From Chrysomallon squamiferum (Eukaryota > Animalia > Mollusca): 64,000 bases of DNA. Of this stretch, positions 12,570-27,185 are shown one piece after another. How positions within the stretch are numbered: position 1 is the first letter of the stretch; each line of letters begins with the position of its first letter. The notes beneath the pieces were generated by a model. It made no database searches. It was not told where the DNA came from and saw only the letters and a list, made by a program, of their open reading frames with translations. Position numbers and translations under genes: made by a program. The DNA lies in contig CM022678.1 of NCBI GenBank assembly GCA_012295275.1, positions 7,936,001-8,000,000 of the forward strand, written 5' to 3'.

Positions 12570-13750
12570 TATTTAAATCGGAGGAAAATCAAGGGTTTTG
12601 TGGGGAGTGTACTTAAAATTATGTAATTAGCAGTAATTAGAATGTTTTATATAAAAAAAATAACAAAAAAAACCCCCACCTTTTTTTTTTTTATCTCATA
12701 TAAATGAGTGGAAAATCAAGGGTTTGCTGAGGGTACCCAATATAAATATAATTCAATATTATGTAATTAGGAGTAATCAGATTTTTTTTTGTTAAAATAA
12801 ACAAAACATTTTTCTCTTTTTTAATTATTATTTAAATAATGGGAAAATCCAGGGTTTGCTGGAATGGGGGTAATCATTGTGTAAATATGTTTAAAATTAT
12901 GTAATTATGGGTATTTAGAATCTTTTATTAAAAAAAAAAAAAAAATTAACAAAAACTTTTTTTTCTTATATTATTTAAATAGGGGGAAATCAAGGGTTCG
13001 CTGGGAGTAATCAATGTAAATATAATTGAAGATTATGTAATTAGGTATAATTAGTATTTTTTTAATTATTATTTAAATAAAGGGTTTGCAGGGAGTAATC
13101 AATGTAAATATAGTTGAAGATTATGTAATTAGGTATAATTATTATTTAAATAAAGGGTTTGCTGGGAGTAAACAATGTAAATGTAATTGAAGATTATGTA
13201 ATTAGGGATAGTTAATATTTTTTTAATTATTTAAATAAAGGGTTTGCTGGGAGTAATCAATGTAAATATAATTGAAGATTATGTAATTAGGTATAATTAG
13301 TATTTTTTTAATTATTATTTAAATAAAGGGTTTGCTGGGAGTAATCAATGTAAATATAATCGAAGAATATGTATTTAGGGATAGTTAATTTTTTTTTACA
13401 CATATAACCAAACTTTTTTTAAATCAAGGGTTTGCTGTGAGTATCAATGTAAATATAATTGAAGATTATGTGGTTAGGGGTAATTAGAAATGTTTATATT
13501 ATATTAAATTATTTAAATCAGGGGATAATCAAGGGTTTGCTAGGGGTGATCATTTTATAAATATATTTAAAATTATGTCATTAGGATAATTCGAATTTTT
13601 TTTTTATAAAATGAAACAAAACCTTTTTTTTCTCTTTAATTCAAGGGTTTCCTGTGCGTAATCAATGTAAATATAATTGAAGATTATGTAATTAAGGGAA
13701 AGCAAGGGTTCCTGTGGGTAATGCAGATATAATTGAAGATTGTGTAATTG
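12570..13750. repeat. AT-rich tandem repeat with ~75-130 bp units (AAGGGTTTGCTGGGAGTAATCAATGTAAATATAATTGAAGATTATGTAATTAGG core)
   Basis: The core recurs about a dozen times. The central copies (~12990-13380) are the most similar to each other. Confidence 0.9.
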
Positions 13751-14850
13751 GATAATAAAGAATTGTTTTTATAGATATATAAAAAAAAAAGGACATTAAA
13801 AAAAAAAAAAGTTCTTTATATTATTTAAATCATGGGAAAAACAAGATGATCTTTAAGTTGAAATTACTTAAAAACCTGTCTAGATAATAAAACTTAAATA
13901 TTCAGTTATTTCTGTTTAGACATTTCTGCCAGTTTTTATAATTTGCCTTTCCCACTTTAGAAAGAATAATAGAATTATTTCAAAAAGGAATCTTTGAAAA
14001 CAGAAAATAATAATTTAAAAATGATAACAGATAAGAGAACAAAATTTACATAATTGGAATATTTCCGAGTATTTTATAATTTGCCTTTCACATTTTGCTA
14101 AAATTCAAAAAATTATTTCAAAAATATGCAAATGGAAATATCTTCCAATTTTTTATTATCTGTATTTTCTGTGAAAAATCTGTGAAAATTAAAAAACAAA
14201 ATTAATTATAATAATAATTCAAAAGAAAGAAAATAATAATTATCTCTTTAAAAAATGAAGTACAAAGTGGTATTTAACGTTTCCAAGGTGAATGAAAATT
14301 AAAGCTGGTTTGTACAAAAATCTAGCATCTCATGTTTTGTTATAGTGTATTTGGTAAACATCACTAGTAATTGCCCTGCACAAGTTATCATCTGGAGAAA
14401 GAAACTTGTTTAATTAAGCAACAGTAGCAGGGGTCCTAATACAGACTTGAGGCAATCTGGTAAAAAGTTCAGAAATGAATATGACAACAAAGTAATTCAA
14501 CTAGTCCCTTTGCTTTTAAGAATTATAGTCCGTAAATATTTCTTCAGCTTTCAGATTCAAATTTGTATACTTTATTTTAAGAAAGATATTGTAAGATTAT
14601 GCAAATTGAGTAGTTTTTGACCAACAATAAAATATAACCAGGTTATGTTACATAAATGGGTGGCAGTACAAATATTTTAAAACAAAAATAAATAAAGAAG
14701 GAATAGTCTGTGTGTTTTTATTGTGTATATATTGATCAACATCCTGATTTAATTAATTTTTATATATACATCTTGTTCGATTTTATGAAAAGAAACAATC
14801 AAAGCACTAGAATGAACACTAGAATGAATCATACTGAATGGCATTCTGTA

Positions 14851-14852
<2 letters not shown>

Positions 14853-14926
<74 letters not shown>
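14853..14926. repeat. (CT)n microsatellite
   Basis: Direct reading of the sequence. Confidence 0.98.
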
Positions 14927-14936
<10 letters not shown>

Positions 14937-14953
14937 CTCAGTCTTTTCTGCAT

Positions 14954-15059
14954 TTTTACAAACCCGTTAAATGGAGTTATTTCCCTTAGACCATTAATAT
15001 GACACTGCAAATACATTAACGGTCTAAGGGAAATAATTATATTTAACGTGTTTGTAAAA
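14954..15059. repeat. Inverted repeat/hairpin with ~46 bp arms (MITE-like)
   Basis: TTTTACAAACCCGTTAAAT..TTATTTCCCTTAGACCATTAAT pairs with ATTAACGGTCTAAGGGAAATAA..ATTTAACGTGTTTGTAAAA. Confidence 0.8.
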
Positions 15060-16397
15060 TATACCCCAAAAAAAAAATAAAAAAAAATAAAAAAGAAACT
15101 GAGCTAATTTCGATTTACTACTTTTAGATGAATTCGGCTAATTCTATTAAAAAACAATAAAAAGAAAAAAAACAAAATTGCTGCAAAATATTCCAATATT
15201 AAATTCAGTTTCTAAACAACCAGTTTCCATTATTTGTTGGTTTATTTGATTTATTATTATTATTTAATTAATTATTGTAAAATTCCTATTTCGCTTAAAA
15301 CCATTTTGTTTTTTTTTGTTTTTTTATTTGCCCCTTGAATAATAACAATGAATTTTTCATACAACATATACACTATAAATCTTGAGCAGTCAAAATCACT
15401 CTGCATCATGTCACTGATCAAACAAGTTTATTAAATAGGAAGCATAATTACAATAGCATTTTAAGGCAAAACTAAACTCCACTTGTGTAAGAATGCATTC
15501 CAATAATGAATTATAGTGACAGATGCCTTCAAGATTTTATGTTATGAACCATTTCACTTTTATTTGATGTCACAGACTGTCATAATGAAGCCATAATGAA
15601 GCAAATTAATTTAAAAATTTTAAAATGTATTGTTATTATTATATACATATATCATTTCATTTTCATTTTCTTTAAAACCAAAATTAATGCACATCTGTTT
15701 TTTAAAAAGATATTGTTTTAATAGAGCTAAAATTATTTTTTAGCCTGATTAATTTCAGCTTTTTTCAAACATCTTTTAATGTTAATAACAACAATTCAAA
15801 ATCAAGACAATAATATAAGAATTAATCATATATTTTTATCTCTATTTTTATATCATTTTTCTGTTCATTTTTTAAAAACAAAACAACAATCAAAACACTT
15901 AGAACTTGTATTTATTTATACATAAACAAGGACACTGTCTTTCACATACAGCAGTTCTCTGACAACAAACACATTAACTCTTTCTCACAGATAACATGTG
16001 TGTACCAACTCATCTTTTCACATTCACATCTGTCTCTATGTCTGCATCTATTCCTCCTACCATGCCCTCTGAAAACACACACAAAATCCAAATTTCCTTC
16101 TGCACACACACACACAATCACACACACACGCCAACAGCTGTTCATCTGTTTCTCTACCAGTTCATACATTCTACACAGCTTTAACAATTTCTTTTTTGAC
16201 ATCTCCCTAACAGTTTATATACTTTTTGTGTATCGCCTATAAAACTTATGGTTTCAGTGTTGTATGCTCATTTTAAAATTATTTCAAATTACTTTTGCAG
16301 TGTTGACTGTAAAATTGTTTTAGTTTCAGAAAACTTCACTATAATAAATAAATAAATATCTGTAGATAATTCTTTATGATGACAGCTGTAATCGAAC

Positions 16398-16433
<36 letters not shown>

Positions 16434-19400
16434 TAAATTATTTTCTAATGCTGATGAAAATAAAAATTAATGTATATTTTACAGGAACCTAAATATTTCT
16501 TATTGAAAATTATCATTTATCGTTCGATATTATTTGTGGCAGACGCAAAGTGTCGCGCGAGGTCTCGATTACGTCATCAGTTTTACAGTCTACCACGTTA
16601 AACAGGTTTCCGAGGCGAAGATAATGTTAAATAAAAAATACAGGAAAAGGTGATGATTTTGAAATGACTATAGAATATCATATTATTTTTCCTGATTCTA
16701 CATTTTGCTTTATAAACTTCGCTGCTATATATATATATATATATATCAATTTCCTAATACTTGGCAAAGTTTATACGAATAAAAATGAGACGTGATTAAA
16801 ATATAACGTGTTATTTTCTTTATTTGTACGGCTTTATGCAGTTTTAATCAGTGAGATGTTGACAGTGTATTTATAATATCATATTTAATTTGGATGAGCG
16901 TAGATTTCTCAAGATAATTTGAGACTACTGGACGGAATTTATTTACTACCATCTTTGCAGCTTATACGAATAAATTGAGACTGAGCGGAAAATTCGTTTC
17001 ATCTTAGTAAAAGTACCGCTGTTAACATCGATATTTTATTAAGTTTACCTCTGATTTGCATCATAACAAATGTTGATAAAATACACACACACACACACAG
17101 ACACACACACACACACATATATATATACAAAATTGTCAGTATAATCTTGGATACAGCTAAAAGAATATCGGCTTTTCAAGAATAATGTTAACAAAAGTTA
17201 ATGTCGCCGTTCAGTTTCAAATTACCTGTGAAAATTGAGCTCATGTTGACAACATAAATAGTATACCTTAACATCATTTATTATCAACTTATCAACAAAA
17301 GTGAATGGATTCTTATAAAGTCAATCTCAGTTTTCGGCATCGTGCAGAGCTTTTTAGTGCAATCTGTTCTGATGTTACTCAAATATCCCATTAATCTGGA
17401 TCTTACCTTTTCATTTTATTGTGGCATTTTACGTCGCTCGACTTGTAAATTCAGAAATAAATCCGATTAAATTAGAAATAAATAACTGTTAATACTGAAC
17501 ACGTGAGAAGTTAAACTTGATTTAATTGTGCAAAGCAAACGACATTAAAACTAAAATTAAGAGAGAAGTTTTCTGTTTTGTAAAACCCTACGTAATTCAC
17601 GTTTCATATATAAAATCAGCGATGTTTACATTATAAATTGATACTGAATGAAAATAACGTGATGTTTTATTATGTTTGCCTCTATTTTGCATCATAAAAT
17701 TACTGATATTTCTCGTACATTTTATTCTACTAGGAGAAATCTTATGTGGTTAATATTTTACTTTGTAAGTTACATCATAGAAAACATGCCTCTCCTCCTG
17801 AACTAGTGTCTTATGCGATATCAGGATATTTTTAGTTAGTTAGAAGAAACATCGTTTGTTTTATCCGATTAAATAATAACAATAATATCTTTACTATCAA
17901 GTAAATGTTAATGTTGCTTCTCCAGTTATCAATAAAATCTCACCTGAAGCTTTTAAAATATCAGACTGAACTGATTTATTTATTTATTTTTTTAAATACA
18001 ACAATAAATAAAATAATACTAATTAAAATGATAAATAATAATTCACAGTTTTAGAGATTGAGTTTTAACTGTAATAATAATGTGACATTTATTTTTTTAT
18101 TTTATAATCTGTAATATAGTCAATAAAGATCTGACGTTAATCGACAAGCGCAAGCTATATTTCTCATTATCCAATGATCTTCTATAAAACAAAATATTTA
18201 TCTTGTGCATTCTGCACTAGTAGATGTAAGTAATGTGGTCAAGTTATAAAATGTCATATTATTAATCTATCCTCTTCTCCTATAATACTACTTTGTTAAT
18301 TAAAAAATAATAAGCCAAAAGCCGTTTAATATTTTCTCTGACCTACATGACAAATTATAATAAATATACGCAATAATTGTTTTTATTATACGATGTTTAT
18401 TAATTAATTAATTAATTAATTATTATTATTATTGTTGTTGTTGTTGTTATTCATTGAGCTTCTCAAATAATTGTCTCGCTCATTTTCACCTTTTCAGTTT
18501 TATGTAAACAAAAATATAATTAAATACAAAAATACAACATCATGTTCTGTTTCTCAATAAAGAGGATTGAAAAGTGGATATCTCCAGGTTACTTGTCTGT
18601 GTGAAGCTATAGCTACGTCATAAAATATATTGAAATCCAGACTGGAGCGATGATTTAACTTTTCACGTGTTATGGATATTGAGAAGTAAAGAAATCGCAT
18701 AAAGATTAACATGTTCTTTTCTTTATGTTATGTTGCTGTTGTTGTTGTTGTATGTTGTTGTTCTTTTTTTATGTTTATACTGTATCATTATAGGTGTGAT
18801 TTTACTGTAATACAGGTGTTCTTTTTTAAATAACGATATTAGATAATTTTATTTTGCATAATACATAAATAAATAAATAAATAATAAGCTTAATTTTCCA
18901 TTAAGTGGTATAATGCACCTAACAAGCTGAATAATTAATCAACGTTTAAGGATGCGGATTATTCTCTTTTCTTTTTCTTTTTTTAAGTAGAATTTCAGTT
19001 GACAGGTGAGAGGTAGATTAAGATGAATTAGCTTCACCACTTTATTGATATTTGCAAGTACTAGAATAGTCTATAATATAGAGAAACATTAATATACATT
19101 CTTAGTATTAAACGTAAAGCGAAAAGGCGAGAATGCGCGAGATGAACCTTGTTATAAGACAAGTTCTGTAAATATACTGCGCTGGAACAGATTAATTCTT
19201 AATTAATTGTAGAAAGTGATATTCTATGATCTCCCCTACAACTTAAATTCACAATTAGACAATTAATATTCCACTTGGAATAATCTAGAGAGCTATATGT
19301 AAATGTAAAACATTATGGTTCTTTCGCTGAATTTAAATGTATTAGCATAAACAGTTCTGGTTGAAGCAAATTAACTGTAAATATTGTCGTTCCATTACAT

Positions 19401-20141
19401 GTGTTAAACAGCGTTCATCATAGTAACATAAAACGTTACTTTTTCTCAGAACGTATCAATAACAAATTGTTAAAATGATTTTGATAAAAGGGTAGTGAAA
19501 ACTGTCTTACACTTTACTTGAACAAGAACATTTTTTTTCTTTACTGCAAAACAAAGGACATTTCAACTGCAGTTTACAGGGAAAAGTTTAGTTTCCTATC
19601 AGATGAAACTTAATTAATAAAATAAATAAATAAATGTATTAATATTAATCTCTAAGATCCTTCAATATTTTCAGCAAGGTGAAAGACGAAAGATTAATTC
19701 GAGTGAAGAGAAATCAGAATAAATCTTTCACTTTTACCTTATGCACCCAAAATAATTTGAAGAATATAAACCTAATTTTGCCAAAGGTAATTCCACATTT
19801 TATTTTAACAGTTAATATTTAGCATTATTTTTGTTTTGTTTTTAGAGATGGGTGCGTTTCGTTATCGCTAAAGTCAGTGTAATAACTTGTACTAAATTCA
19901 TGTTTTTTAAAATGACGTAGCAGCCATCTGAAGCGTTTCATATGCAGCAGTAACGAAATCATTTCAGTTTTAGTGAAAGAGCAATACAGTTTGCCGAAAA
20001 TTTAAAAAAACAAAAAAATTATTTTCATGGTATATGATCATAGCTACCAAAATTTTCTTATTATCATATAAATATTTTATTTCACTTTTGTCTGATTACA
20101 TTGTAGTATGTACAAATATGTACAACATTCACTGAAATAAA

Positions 20142-22002
20142 TTACTTTGCAAAATAATAGAATAGTTTAGATGTATGTGTGTGAGAGAGAGAGAGGTGCG
20201 TTTTACACCATGTAAATATTTTTATTTCATCCTTAGTTTCCACGTAGAGTTTGTTGTCATCACAACATACACAGAAAGGACTGGACAGTCCATCCTGGTC
20301 AGTGAGGATGTCACGTATAATGTTACCATCTCGTGAGAACTGAACAACACAATTTCTATTATAATCACAAACAAAAATATTTCCCTCCCTGTCACATGTA
20401 ACACCTGTCAAGTAGCTCAGTTTGTCTGAATCACGTGACTTCCATTTGACGTCACCTGATGACGTCACACAAAATAAACTGTTTTCTCTTCGTGACACAA
20501 CAATCAGACATTGATCGTGAACTGTGAGACTGTATGGACTGGGGATCAAATCTGTTGAGATAGAATTAATGAGCTGACCACTGTCTGTCAGTATGTCCAA
20601 GCACTGACTATACCATCCAGTGACCGCGAGACGGTTGCCAGGTAACACAGCGATAAACTCATACTTTTCACCAGTTGTAAATGTTTTTATCAGTTTGAAG
20701 TTTTCCAAATTTAAAAACAATATTTGTTTTTCATCTGGCAGAACAACGACAACAACAACATCACCCTGCTGATCACGTGACTCAGCAAGACCGTATGGAC
20801 TACAGGAAGTCACGTGTTTGTTTATCAGTGATTTTCTTTCTAAACAAAAACATTTTACACATTTATTGTGATAATCACTAACAACAATTTTACTCTTGTC
20901 CTCACCTGACACCAGGATGGAGGACACAGAAGGATTTGTTTTATCTTCTTGTGTTTTTGTGTTAATGGTGTCTGTGAGTTTGAGTGTGTCTGTCTGTTCG
21001 TCTATCTGTGTGACTGTGTGTTGTGTTTCTCTGTTAATGGTGTCTGTGTGTTTGAGTGTGTCTGTCTGTTTCTCTATCTGTGTGTCTGTGTGTTGTGTTT
21101 CTGTGTTAATGGTGTCTGTGTGTTTCAGTGTGTCTGTCTGTTTGTCTATCTGTGTGTCTGTGATTTGTGTTTTTGTGTTAATGGTGTCTGTGAGTTTGAG
21201 TGTGTCTGTCTGTTTGTCTATCTGTGTGACTGTGTGTTGTGTTTCTGTGTTAATGGTGTCTGTGTGTTTGAGTGTGTCTGTCTGTTTGTCTATCTGTGTG
21301 ACTGTGTGTTGTGTTTCTGTGTTAATGGTGTCTGTGTGTTTGTGTGTGTCTGTCTGTTTGTCTATCTGTGTTACTTTGTGTTGTGTTTTTGTGTTACTGG
21401 TGTCTGTGTGTTTGAGTGTGTCTCTCAATCTGTTTATCTGTGTGTCTGTTTGGATGTTTGTGTTAATTTCACCGATGTGTACAGACATTTCTTTCTTTTT
21501 GTCCGATTTTCTGAAATTTATTTTGAATGCTGCTTTTTCTATTTGTGAAAGAGAATTTGACAGAAACTCGGAAGTTGTGTTTTGAAGTTTGGTGAATTTT
21601 GGAAGATTTGTTTTTATGTCTGACTCTGATTTTTCTTTTAGAAAACCCTCACCAAGTTGTATAAACTTTTCATTTTCATCAATCAGATGTTTGTGTTCAC
21701 TAAACAATTTGTCTATTTCTGAGTTTACAAAGTTCTGAGATTTTTCTATTTCTCTTATTAGCCTGTCTTGTTCTTTGTGGACTGCGGCTGTGAAATCTGT
21801 GATTAGTGTGTTACCAATCCTTCTGACCTCTTCTGTGGTGTCCACGACGTTGATGTCGACGGCTTGGCGAAGTTGCTCAATCGTATCATCCATCTCTGTC
21901 TGAAGAATTTCTTTAAAGTTTTTGAGACTCTCACAAACAGAACTCAGAAGTGACATGTGACCTCCCTTTTTAGCTGAAATAAATGAATAAATAAATAAAT
22001 AC

Positions 22003-22041
<39 letters not shown>

Positions 22042-22544
22042 GAATTAGTAATTATTATTAATAAAGATATGCATACACTGTGAAGAGTTATATAATTTAT
22101 TTTATCAACTAAATGTAAAATCTTAGTAGAAAAATGTCCTCTATTTCATTATGCTACGATAGTTAATACACAACAAATATTTTTAGTAAAATGACAGTGT
22201 ATTTTTTTAAAATTATTGTATTGTAATGCTCAGTCAAAACACAACACTGCTGACTCACAAAACTTTGAATGTTCTATTTTGTTAATGGCGTCCACCAGTG
22301 ACTTGTTTATAGAGAATTGAGCTGCCCATGTTTCCACTGGTTTCGTGCTGTCTGGAATGTGGACATTCTGCCTGCAGAACGGGCAGCTTATTTCTGTGTC
22401 GTTGTTGTTGTAATGTGTGCTTATGTAATTCTGCAGGCATTCACAACAAAACGAATGTCCACATGAAAAACATTTTGGTTTGTCAAAAATGTCCAAACAG
22501 AGAGAACACGAAATGTTGTCATCGGAGTTTAAAGCTGTGGCCAT
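20142..22544 (-). CDS. TRIM-NHL-like E3 ligase (RING, coiled coil, Thr-rich repeat, NHL/beta-propeller), ~705 aa; coding exons 22544-22259 and 21973-20142
   Basis: C3HC4 RING CSLC..CGHSFC..C..CPFC followed by a TRIM-type linker (VETWAAQFSIN). Phase-1 intron GTGAGT(22258)...TTTCAG(21974) joins the exons in frame. The second exon encodes a coiled coil and NHL-like blades (IVVSDYHNKCV, GVTCDREGNIFVCDYNRNCV, PFCVCCD). Confidence 0.9.
20950..21460 (-). repeat. 72-bp coding tandem repeat (QTDTLKHTDTINTETQHTVTQIDK, ~6.7 copies)
   Basis: Visible in the 620-aa ORF. The DNA is TG/CA-rich and microsatellite-like. Confidence 0.95.
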
Positions 22545-23107
22545 ATCTGTGAATAATAATAATAATAATAATTTAAAACAACCTACTGGAGATAAAAATT
22601 ACATATTAATTCCATTTAAGTCATACAGCCAATGGTATATAGAAATACAGAAAATGAAATGATAAATATATAAACTTGCGAATGTAACACTGTTTATTAT
22701 AAATTATAAATATATTATAAGTACACTAAATAAACTGTTTATTTACTTAGTCGTATTTGTAAAATAAAAGTGCATTACGAACTTGCTAAATTTAACCTTG
22801 TGACGTCACTCTTAATATGAGAAGGAAGACGACAGCCTCTTGGAAATTGCAGGCAGACAAGATTAATATAATAAAGGAGGTCAGCTGTAACAAATTCTAT
22901 GAAGCAAAGAAAAAATCACAAAAACCCTCCAACACACTAAACATATGTGAGTAACACGAATGCTGCAAGTTAATTAAGCAGATCACTAGAACAGAAATCG
23001 TTTCTCGCAATGTGACGAGCTACTTTTCTTGAAAAACACATATCTCGCACGACAATGTAATCGTGGAATTGACTTTGAAAATGATATTTTTAAATATCTT
23101 AGAACAC

Positions 23108-23149
<42 letters not shown>

Positions 23150-23693
23150 TAATAATAATAATAAATTTGACTTACTTCGTCTTGAGAAATGAAAATTTTA
23201 AGAGGAACAAATTTCTCCGTTTGTTCGTCTACAATGTCAATTTACTCTTGCAGTAGCGCAGCCCGGTTTTGTCAGACGACACTTATTGAGCGGAAGATGC
23301 CAATTCGTAAAGAAAGAAGGGGTAGGAGCTTTGAAGTTTTCTATAAAACCTTTGTTTCTTCTGATAAAAAATAATCGTGAAATTTTTAAATTCTTGTGGT
23401 TAAGTAAACAGGATTAAAATTAACAACTACCTTAACATAGTTTGTGTACTGAATTAAGTTATAAAATGCTGGTTAGAGTCTATCACACATATGGTAATAA
23501 TAGAGATAGCAGCTGGCTTGTAGTTGGACAGAGAAAGATAATACATTTAGCCGCCAAAATTGTATCTTGTTTAAACTTGAATAGTGAACTGGCGGTATCA
23601 GGCCTTTTCGTAAGATATATAAATAAACTATAATAATGAAAAACAGCATACAAAGTGAATATATGATTTTAATTACGTATACAAAGCAGTAAT

Positions 23694-24477
23694 AAAATAA
23701 TAATAAATATATATCACTTTTCTGTATTAAATAGTTTTATTTCATTTTTTTAATTCTTCCTGTATTGTATTATATTATATTATGTTATGTTATGTGATTA
23801 AAAATAAAACATCACAAATATACGCAAACTAAAAGCAGAATTGTAACTGTAAATTTAATAAATTTTATTATTTTTATAAGTGTAATTAATCTAATATATC
23901 TCTATCTGAGATACACCTGCATATACGTGTGTGTATCTGTTTGTGTGTGACACAAATATCACTGAGTAAAATTATTATTGTCTCTCATTATAATTAAATT
24001 GATTTCCCGATATTAATTATTATACACAATAAAATAATAATAAATATATATCTCTTCTCTGTGTTAAATAGCTTTATTTCATTTTATTTAAGCTATATAT
24101 AAATGGTTTTAATCTAATTAATTAAATATATATATTATAGAACATATTTCATTAATTGACTAATCTAAACATAGTGTTTGTTTCTATGCGTGAAAGAGAT
24201 GAGTTCTTGAATGTTTGACAATGTCATGTTGATTCAATTGACACAGAAATATGATTAAAAATAAAACACTGTCAAAAATATACGCAAACTACAAGCATAA
24301 CTGTAATTAAGTTTAATACATTTTATTATTTTTATAAGTGTAATTAATCTAATCTCTCTCTCCCTCCCTTTGAGATACACGTGAGTATACGTGTGTGTGT
24401 GAAAGAAATATCATTGAGTAAAATTATTATTTTTTGTCATTATTATTAAATTGATTTCCCGATATTAATTATTATAT
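23694..24477. repeat. Diverged tandem duplication (~330 bp and ~450 bp copies)
   Basis: AAAATAATAATAAATATATATC, ATATACGCAAACTA and GATTTCCCGATATTAATTATTATA each occur twice in the same order. Confidence 0.8.
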
Positions 24478-24656
24478 GAAGTGTGATGATAATGTGCAGC
24501 TGATTCGCTCTCTGTTTATCTACAGCTTAGTTAATAAATTTACAAAAATAAACGTAATTTATTTTAACATATGTTGCCGCTACTTTCTGTTTTTAGTTAC
24601 AAACACATTATGTTTTGTTTTATATCTATCTGTCGATATATATATGTCATTTCTAC

Positions 24657-24713
24657 CTTTTCTTTCCTGGGGAAAATTTACACACACATATATTTTTCCC
24701 CAGGAAAGAAAAG
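24657..24713. repeat. Short hairpin with ~20 bp arms
   Basis: CTTTTCTTTCCTGGGGAAAA ... TTTTCCCCAGGAAAGAAAAG. Confidence 0.75.
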
Positions 24714-25412
24714 ATCGAAATGACAAAGTCAAATCTCTGTCTTTTGTTCAGTTAAAAGCGTCCAGAGGAAAAAAACAAAATGTCTTGAATATGGCCACTG
24801 TAAGGAGTTTTTTTTTTCACTGAAGAACAAAGGAATTTTTTCTTCTGCTGCTTCTCCCATTTCTTTCTATTCATTTCTACTTTTTGATATATATGTTTTC
24901 TATGTTTTCAAGTCTCGATTCACTGCATAACCTATCTTCAAACTGGTTCAGATAACATTTTATTTGTTACTGAAGCGAAACTTACTATGTTGTTTGTTTG
25001 CTGGTCTGAACGATAAAACAAGTTACGATGGTTTTATAAAGACAGATTTCTTCACGAGAACATACTCCACATACAAGGATGATGTATATAAATCGACTTA
25101 TTAAATAACGAAATAAAGTACACTACAATTAAACAAATACCACACAAACGTACACTTTGTCATAATTTATGTCAGTATTAAACTAATTTCCCGATCTAAC
25201 ATATTATAACATTAATTTAATCAAATTTATTTCCCGATCTAATAGTCGACAGTATGTATACATATTTATTTCTGAATGTAATTTATGTACTTATACTTAT
25301 CTCGCTCATTTTGTATAAATGCTAACCTACAAATAATAAAATATATAAAGAGACGCTTTTCATCTAAGGAAAAAAAGAAAGAAACTTTTTTTTTACATAC
25401 GTGTATGTATGC

Positions 25413-25464
<52 letters not shown>

Positions 25465-26769
25465 ATAACTAACAAATCTCAGTGAGTAAAAGTTATTATT
25501 ATCTGTCAGAGAGACTATTAGTATTAGTATCATATTATTTATTTATATTTGTTTAAAGTTTCAGTGATAAACTAGCTGGAATAAGGGTTTTCTCAGATAT
25601 ATCATGAATCACATTGAATAAAATACTCGAGCGAAAAGGAAGATGTTTTAAGTTACACACCTACACAAACACACCATACACATATACACATACCTACATA
25701 CACACACAACACAAATGCATACATATATATACACAACAGACTCATACACAGATCTACAAACGCAACACACAGCCGCATACACATAAACACACATACATAC
25801 AGAATACACACAACGGACACAAACAGTACACCGACATACATACACACAAACTTACACACAATGCACACGCACACACGTCTACACACTGAAACGCCTAATG
25901 TTCAGTTTAACAGAAGTTTACATTCTGTTTTTTTACCGAGGCGAAACGTACTTGACTCTGTTTAGTCACGTTTTGAATTCACGCAGTGACACTGTCTACA
26001 GAGGAAGGTGGATTTCAACAAAAGAAAAACAAAACACAAATAAAAAAATCGATCAAAAGATCAGATTTTGTGAAAATTTATAATAATAATATAAGACAGG
26101 GATTAGTGTAATACTACACTCATCTATTAGATAAATAACACACCAACAACTTAAGTTTATTAATTTAGAAACATAATTTATAATAATCAAAATAAATTAA
26201 AAACAACTGAATTATTTACGGGTGTTGGGAAAGCTTATTTAAAAAAAACGGAATCAGTCAACTGAAACGTATTTAGAGAATACAAATTATATTACTGTAA
26301 GTTTTAAGTTGTGTATGTCTGTTACTCTCTCTCCGTGTGTATGTATGTTCATGTGTGTGTGCATGCGTGCGTGTGTGTGTGTGTGTGAAACATATACGCC
26401 TTTGATGACACAGATTACACTGCAAAATGACAAAACCAAAACAAGTGAGAAAAATATCTAAGCGTAACCCGCTGTCAAAAGCTTAACAAAGTCAGGTCAG
26501 AATTTCGAGGTTCAGTGAGCTCTATTTCATAAAAGGGCCCAACGCACTGTGCAAAGATTACAAAGTATTAGATTCCTGTAGATATCAATGAAAACATCGA
26601 TATCAAAGAGCAAGAGAAGCCAGCTCAGATTGACAAATTTTAAAATTTTCTTTTTTCTAGTGTTTATAGTTGTTTTTATTTTCTCTATTTCATATATAGA
26701 TCACACTGCCGTAAGTCTATACACTAATTATTACTTTACTAAAATTGTCACAGCTAGCATACAGAAGAG

Positions 26770-27185
<416 letters not shown>

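Noticed and set aside
12570-13750. AGGGTTT/TTAGGG motifs as interstitial telomere
   Set aside because: The motifs are single occurrences inside longer units, not tandem TTAGGG.
15100-20100. Intergenic region searched for genes and RNA genes
   Set aside because: I saw only AT-rich sequence, short microsatellites and a small CG patch near 16540-16620. Nothing was supportable.
20896-21585. Val/Cys-rich + strand ORFs of 229 and 199 aa
   Set aside because: They are antisense shadows of the TRIM coding repeat.
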